Assembly (NCBI GenBank): GCA_977862235.1
Contig: OZ374564.1
Coordinates: 744,001 to 808,000, forward strand
Direction: 5' to 3'
DNA: 64,000 nucleotides
Source: Dudresnaya verticillata
Taxonomy: Eukaryota
Shown: positions 58,220 through 64,000 of the stretch, in pieces
Layout of the letters: each line of letters starts with the position of its first letter
Position numbering within the stretch: position 1 is the first letter of the stretch
Translations under genes and position numbers: made by a program
The notes under the pieces: generated by a model
Told to the model about the DNA's origin: nothing
The model's database searches: none
Seen by the model: the letters and a program-made list of their open reading frames with translations, nothing else

Positions 58220-59211
58220 CAGTTAGAAGAGAACGAATTTGAGAGAACGCGCTGCGGGAAGGACCCCTGGTACCAAAGCGACCTAAGTGAACTTGCACAA
58301 GTCGAAAGGCGGCTCGTTCGTACTCGGAGTACCCCTGCAAAGGGCGAAACGGCTTGCGGCGGGCTTGGTCCATTGCCTGGCGGCTTTGGACGAGTGCACA
58401 CCCTTTCTCAGTCCCCCAACGGGCAGCAGGGACTGAGCCGGTGATCGTCGTTGCGACGCGCCGCGTGGGTCTGAGCGCGCATCAACCCAACGGAACCTCG
58501 GGGCGCAGGCCAGCACTAGAACAACGGTACATCCGGTTTCGGGTGTATCGGTTAAAGAAGAGTGCCTGTGGCCCTCCCGCCAGTGTCCTTGGGGGCCACG
58601 CGACAAGAAAGCTGTGTGTGACCGCTTCTCGGCCTGTGTCACACACGGATCCCCTCGCCTTCTAACGTAAAAACAGTGCTACAGCTGTTTTTACGGAATC
58701 TTGAAGGAGTTGCTTGGGGCGCCAAGGTCAAGAGATCCTGCGCCCAAACCCGTCGGAGGCGCCGGATCTGAGAAGAGAAGGCCCCAAGGTCTCCGTGGAG
58801 TGCCTGATCGTTCGCATTGGACGACGGGTTCCGGAGTTAGAAGAGGAAGAAGTTCGTCCCCGACAGGCCCTAAGTAGCGGTTACTGGCGCTTGTCACGGC
58901 TCCACTCGCTGAATTTGCCACGTGTAGGCGACGACGGTGGAGCCAGCCTGTCTGATCCAATTCGAATTGGATCTTATCCCAATCTGCTTCCGTGGAGGCG
59001 ACCAACCCGATTTCAACACGTGTACATCGTGTACACGTTTCACCCTCAGGGCCACCTCCTGAGCTCATTTCCGAGCTTACTGACACGTTTCCGACGTGTA
59101 CACGTCTTCCACGTATTTCACCAAAACGTTCCAGAACATTCTACAAACTTCAAAAAGTTTCCTGAAAATCCCAAAAACAACAGAAAATCGCCAAAAAAAT
59201 CCAAAAACAAC

Positions 59212-60309
59212 ATGAATCCCCCGATGAATCCTCCCATTCCCTCCCCTATTGCTGCGGACAGCCCAATGACGGATCACGATCCTACAGTGACCGTTTCGAA
59301 GAAGGACTGGGACCGCATGATGCACATGCTTGAGACTCTCAGTGCGAATCAAGCCGAGCTAAGCAAGACGCAAGCAGTTCTGGTTGGTCAGTTAACTCGA
59401 GCCAATGACCGCATCCAGGAGCTCGAGGCCGCGAAAGTCCCCCACTCGGATGACGCACCCGCTGCAGCGCCAATTCGACCTGAGCCCGTTGCTTCTGAGG
59501 CCCCACCAGCGGTACGCAAAACCGGCGCTTTTCAGTACAAGATCAAAGCTCCGAAGCCAGCGGCCGCCGCACCTGTGCCGCCTCGTCCTCAGTCCAACAA
59601 GGCTGCCTCCCCGAAAAAGAGTTGGGCACAAATCGCTGCCGCGCCCCGCCCTCGTCTCTCTGACGTCTCCGAGAACTCGCAGGAGGGTGTCCGCAAGTGC
59701 TTAGAGTTGCTCGAAATATCGACTCCGCAGCCGAAGCCGACGGCCGTTTACTTCCGAAATATCAAGCGGGCCCGCCTTGGCAAAGTCCGCACAGCCTTGA
59801 GGTACATGCTTCCTCACCCATGGTCCATCCTCGGTCTTTCCTTCATCGGACAGTCTGTCATTGAAATCGTTTGCCATGAAGGTTTGGTGGACCAAATTGT
59901 CGCCAAGCTGCGCATCATAGGCACAATTCACATCAAGAATTTCGACCTTTTCGGCGACAACCTGAAGAAGTCGAACGATCGCACCAAGCAGGATCGTGCA
60001 GTTTCCAATCTGGAGAAAGCGCAATCCCGCCTCCAACGGCTGGTGGACACGTGTGTCAACCCAGCTGCCAAGGCTTGGTACACTCAAAATCTTCAGAAAG
60101 CTGAGCAACGCATTGCCGAAGTGTACAACGTTGCCCATGATGTGGAGTCCTCGGACTCCGAGGACAGCGGATATGATTCTGCGGATCTTGTTGACGGCAC
60201 TGCTGACTCGCCTGACTTGTCCGCCGACCCCATGGCCGTCGACACGACCACCCCCGACACCCCCCAAACCGACCCGCACCCGGCGCACGAGGCGCCAAGT
60301 TCGAATTGA
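59212..60309 (+). CDS. LINE ORF1 (365 aa from the first ATG)
   Basis: MNPPMNPP...; stop codon overlaps the ORF2 frame. Confidence 0.85.
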   Translation: MNPPMNPPIPSPIAADSPMTDHDPTVTVSKKDWDRMMHMLETLSANQAELSKTQAVLVGQLTRANDRIQELEAAKVPHSDDAPAAAPIRPEPVASEAPPAVRKTGAFQYKIKAPKPAAAAPVPPRPQSNKAASPKKSWAQIAAAPRPRLSDVSENSQEGVRKCLELLEISTPQPKPTAVYFRNIKRARLGKVRTALRYMLPHPWSILGLSFIGQSVIEIVCHEGLVDQIVAKLRIIGTIHIKNFDLFGDNLKKSNDRTKQDRAVSNLEKAQSRLQRLVDTCVNPAAKAWYTQNLQKAEQRIAEVYNVAHDVESSDSEDSGYDSADLVDGTADSPDLSADPMAVDTTTPDTPQTDPHPAHEAPSSN

Positions 60310-63300
60310 GTTGCCGATCTGCACCCTTAGAATCTGAAAAGTTGTCTCTGGCAACGTTTAACGTCCATGGCGTTCAAGGGAAAGAAGCCGAAGTCGAGGC
60401 CTTGGCATCCACCGTCCACATCCTTGGTCTCTGTGAAACCTGGATTCGTCCTCAGGATCTCCGAGCTTCACGGCAATTCGACGAGTCCGTCTCCGTCGTT
60501 CAAGATCATGGTGGGTGGCGCGGACAAGGTGGGGTGGCTCTGAAGGTTGCCCCCCTTGTGAACTACTCTGTGATTCTCCGCCATTCTCAAATCGACTATC
60601 AAGTTTTAGCAATCCGGGTTGGGGGAACCCATATCGCCATGATATACCTCCGCCCCCATCTACAGAAGACCACCTTCTTTGATTGTCTGGACCGCGTACA
60701 GTCCTCCACTCGCGGTAAGACAGTCATCATGGGCGACTTCAATGCCCGTCACACACGTTGGGACACTACTTCGAACCAACATGGTAAATGGTTGGTTGAA
60801 TGGACGACCGCGCACCGTTGGTGCGTCCACGCCCCGCCCTCACCAACGTTTGCAGCTCATCAAGGCACCAGTACTGTTGACCTCTTCCTTACTAAGGGTG
60901 TTGACATCCCGGATGCCAAAATTCATTCCGGTCTGTGGGATGGCGCCAGTGATCATTCTGCAGTTCGAGCAAACATTGTGGACACCCCCGTTTACAAACT
61001 TGGCATACCCCGCATACCCCAAAGTCAACGTCGCCAGCCGACCTTTCTTCGTCAGGCAGCCGATCTCTATCGTCAAGAGATTCCGAACACTGCCAGTGAA
61101 ATCACGTCGTGCACAACATCGCAAGAATTGGAGGACGCGTATTCGCGGCTGAAAGCCATGACTTTGCAACCTTGGGAGTCTGCCCGCAAACATCGTCCCC
61201 GTCGTTACAAGTACTTTTGGGACGGGCACCTCGATCATCTGAAGAAATTGCGGTCGAAGAAGTACAAACAAGCCACTCAACTCATGACGTCGGAGGCTTG
61301 GGAACAGTACAAGACCCTCAATCGACGGGTTCGCGCACTTGTGCATCGCAATAAACGGCGATGCAAGTTGCGTTTGACAGAAGCTCTCCTGTCCTCCGAC
61401 CCTACTGATGGTCCCAAAATGGTTAAGGCCGTGCTCCGAAACGCATCCGGCCCACTTGGTTCTCGGAGAGACCAACCAATTGGGAAGTTGGACCTGGCCA
61501 ACTTTACAAAACACCTCGCGACAGGGGCTGGAAAAGGACATATTCCGCCCATTGTGCCCTTCGAAACTTCCCGAAACTTCGAATCTCACGTTTTCCGTGC
61601 TATAGTCAAGGCCAAACCGAAGAAGGCCACAGGCACGGATGAAGTCTTCAGCGAAGCATTCAAGGTCGCCCCAAAGTCCTTTGCGCATGTCTTGGGACTC
61701 TTTTGGGTGAAATGCAGTCAGCTCGGGTACCTATTGCAAGATTGGCAAACATCCCTGCTGGTGCCAATTTACAAACGGGGTCCCAAATCGGACCCAACCA
61801 GCTATCGACCGATTGCGCTAGTGTCGCACGGACGACAAATGCTTTCAAAGGCAATCGCGTCTATGATTCGTAAGGAGTACCAGTTTCATCCGACTCAGTT
61901 GGGGTTCCGTGAGAAAACTGGTACCGAAACCGCCATCTTAAGGCATGCAACCAGCACAAAAGCTGGATTCCGGTACACGGCCGTGCTCGACTTGAAGTCG
62001 GCATACGATACAGTACCCCGCGAGCGGTTGATGTCGAAAGTGAATCAGAAGATGTCACCTACCACGGCGGCAATGGTCGCTCTGGAGTTACAACCAGCAA
62101 CAGTAGTTACCAAGGGCGATATCACCGGCACCACTGCAATTGTGTCGCGGGGTGTGCCTCAAGGCGTGTCTTCGAGTCCGACTTTGTACAATGTCAACAT
62201 GGACTCGTATCCTGAGTTCATGGATTTGTCAATGTCGGCCTCCGAAAGTGCTGAAGAAATCGACATTACGATCTTTGCTGACGACGTCAAGCTCCGATCC
62301 AAGACTAGTACCGGCCTCCAAACGGCCTTAGATGCGTCCACGAAATGGGCTGATCTTGAAGGTATGCAGTGGGGAACTTCAAAATGCCATGTTTTGGAGC
62401 CCGAAAACTGCACCAAACGAGCAATGTACTACCTGAATGGTCAGAAAATTGACGTGGTAGACACTGCAAAGTACCTGGGAGTGACTCTGAAAGGTACCAA
62501 ACTGGCACCTGACAAGAATTTGGAACGAGTTAAGGCGGCTCATCAACGCCTAAACTTACTCAAGGCGGTCGGCGTACACCGCAAATATGTGCCTAGCGCA
62601 CGACTTGTGGACATCTGCCGCACGTATATCTACCCAGTTGCGGACTTTAGCACCCATTTGATGCCGATCGACACGGCCGGCAAGTGCGATTTGAGTCATC
62701 AACTCGAGTTGCTGGACTACAAAGTGGCAGAATTTGCACTTGGGTGCATTGCCAAAGAGCCTATGTGGCCTCGCAGTGGCCGCATCCGCGGGCGCCTACC
62801 ACGTCATTTGAAGATGGCCAAGCTGCCGGACTGGTTGCAGCGTATCCGTCTGCGCCTTCGCAGTCTTGGTAAACGCCTCACAAAACGAGCTCACCGCAAC
62901 CGTGGCGACGTGCTCGCCATGACAGATATGTTAGAATTCCGAAGTTTCCGGGCGCAGAATAAGAGTCCTCTGGACATGAGGAACCAGGATCTCCGTGATT
63001 CGTGGGAGGGCCTGTGTCGCCAACGTCGGCGGCGTATTCCAGTTCCCGACTCTGGATTCGTTCCGATTCTACACATTAGGGATCGTAAGCTGCGAGATGC
63101 CGGGATTCGATGGTATTGTGGGTCATTTCCCGGAAAACCGGATGTCCTCAAGACTCGACTTGGTCCCGAGGTCTACAGGTTGCACAAAGCCCGAATTGAG
63201 TCTGGATTGAGTGTGAAGCGTTGGAATGCGGGCGTGCAAGCCCGACTCCTAGATAGTCTGAAGGCATTTCTGGATGTCTTAGATGACCAAAACTGTGTTG

Positions 63301-63368
63301 GTCAGAAGCGCAAACGCGAGGATTTGAGTCCCGTGCACAGAACGACCAAGAAGCGCAAACCAAGTTAG
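60306..63368 (+). CDS. LINE ORF2: endonuclease plus reverse transcriptase, 1020 aa
   Basis: Intact; same motifs as copy 1. Confidence 0.95.
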   Translation: MSCRSAPLESEKLSLATFNVHGVQGKEAEVEALASTVHILGLCETWIRPQDLRASRQFDESVSVVQDHGGWRGQGGVALKVAPLVNYSVILRHSQIDYQVLAIRVGGTHIAMIYLRPHLQKTTFFDCLDRVQSSTRGKTVIMGDFNARHTRWDTTSNQHGKWLVEWTTAHRWCVHAPPSPTFAAHQGTSTVDLFLTKGVDIPDAKIHSGLWDGASDHSAVRANIVDTPVYKLGIPRIPQSQRRQPTFLRQAADLYRQEIPNTASEITSCTTSQELEDAYSRLKAMTLQPWESARKHRPRRYKYFWDGHLDHLKKLRSKKYKQATQLMTSEAWEQYKTLNRRVRALVHRNKRRCKLRLTEALLSSDPTDGPKMVKAVLRNASGPLGSRRDQPIGKLDLANFTKHLATGAGKGHIPPIVPFETSRNFESHVFRAIVKAKPKKATGTDEVFSEAFKVAPKSFAHVLGLFWVKCSQLGYLLQDWQTSLLVPIYKRGPKSDPTSYRPIALVSHGRQMLSKAIASMIRKEYQFHPTQLGFREKTGTETAILRHATSTKAGFRYTAVLDLKSAYDTVPRERLMSKVNQKMSPTTAAMVALELQPATVVTKGDITGTTAIVSRGVPQGVSSSPTLYNVNMDSYPEFMDLSMSASESAEEIDITIFADDVKLRSKTSTGLQTALDASTKWADLEGMQWGTSKCHVLEPENCTKRAMYYLNGQKIDVVDTAKYLGVTLKGTKLAPDKNLERVKAAHQRLNLLKAVGVHRKYVPSARLVDICRTYIYPVADFSTHLMPIDTAGKCDLSHQLELLDYKVAEFALGCIAKEPMWPRSGRIRGRLPRHLKMAKLPDWLQRIRLRLRSLGKRLTKRAHRNRGDVLAMTDMLEFRSFRAQNKSPLDMRNQDLRDSWEGLCRQRRRRIPVPDSGFVPILHIRDRKLRDAGIRWYCGSFPGKPDVLKTRLGPEVYRLHKARIESGLSVKRWNAGVQARLLDSLKAFLDVLDDQNCVGQKRKREDLSPVHRTTKKRKPS

Positions 63369-63813
63369 CAAATCATCGCATTGGAAGCATGTAGTACCGA
63401 ATATGTTTTAGAGTTTGCATGAAGGTTGAAGACGTACTCCCTTGCCACATAGTGTAGCGTAGCTACAACTTAGGACACTGAGGCGTCTCTAAATAAATCA
63501 CACATTTCGACAGAGGCGATGCAGATCTGAAACAAAACTCTGCTAGGGCTGTCGGATCTATTCCTTCTCGAGGAAAAGGAGCAAGCGACGAAGAGAACTG
63601 TATCACGCCCCAGCCATGCCCTGCACACAATCTCAGACGTACACCTGAAAGTAGTTCGGGTTTTAGTAGTGGCACACCAGAACCCGACCCTGATGCTACC
63701 CCGGCGTTGGCCGCGAGTACTAACACAAAGGGTGACGTGGAACGAACGCCAGATGCTGATGGCTCGGAAATAGAGCACGGTGACGAGCAATCAGATGCTG
63801 CGACGTTGAATCT

Positions 63814-64000
63814 TGTTGAGGACATGGTCGCTGGCGCCTCACGTCACGGGTCAGGTACCCCAGATGGTACCCTGGCACGCTGTCACCAAACCTTCCGGAG
63901 ACGACAGCCCTTTTTCCGGGCTTCCAAAATCACGGCGCATTTAGGCCTTTTGCAAAAGCAACGTGAAACGGGCTTCTGATTGGTTGTTACAAACCGCCTC
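63814..64000 (+). repeat. Start of a Copia LTR (runs off the window)
   Basis: Same AATCT|TGTTGAGG junction as at 44308. Confidence 0.93.

Larger units (their letters stand above)
58220..63508 (+). mobile_element. Full-length LINE copy 2 (~5.3 kb), putative TSD GACAGA
   Basis: GACAGA at 58214-58219 and 63509-63514; starts CAGTT; ~1 kb 5' UTR; ORF1, ORF2, AATAAA. Confidence 0.85.

Noticed and set aside
58320..58352. Hammerhead ribozyme suggested by a short stem followed by CGAAAC
   Set aside because: No CUGANGA core upstream.
58714..59211. N-terminal extension giving a 531-aa ORF1
   Set aside because: Non-ATG start; depends on a one-base difference in an A-run and is out of frame in copy 1.

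Overview
Eukaryotic, almost entirely transposon-derived window with no intact host gene. A red-algal type genome is my guess and cannot be proven from the sequence. It is a deeply nested and rearranged retrotransposon cluster. (1) One young Ty1/Copia family contributes 12 full or partial ~1 kb LTRs, two complete 1440-aa gag-pol ORFs, two N-terminally truncated tandem copies, two solo LTRs with 5-bp TSDs, and inverted or fold-back fragments; its PBS matches the anticodon arm of tRNA-iMet (half-tRNA priming). (2) Remnants of five older Gypsy-type LTR elements (labelled A-E) are nested in one another, and D has a chromodomain integrase. D and E each carry a long antisense ORF starting just inside the 3' LTR; the two proteins share a collinear Trp/Tyr-rich domain I cannot assign to a known family. 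(3) An APE-RT LINE is present twice because of a ~19.5 kb segmental duplication. (4) A ~6.6 kb non-retroelement block holds a frameshifted beta-class amino (N6A/N4C) DNA methyltransferase. No rRNA, tRNA or CRISPR features were seen.
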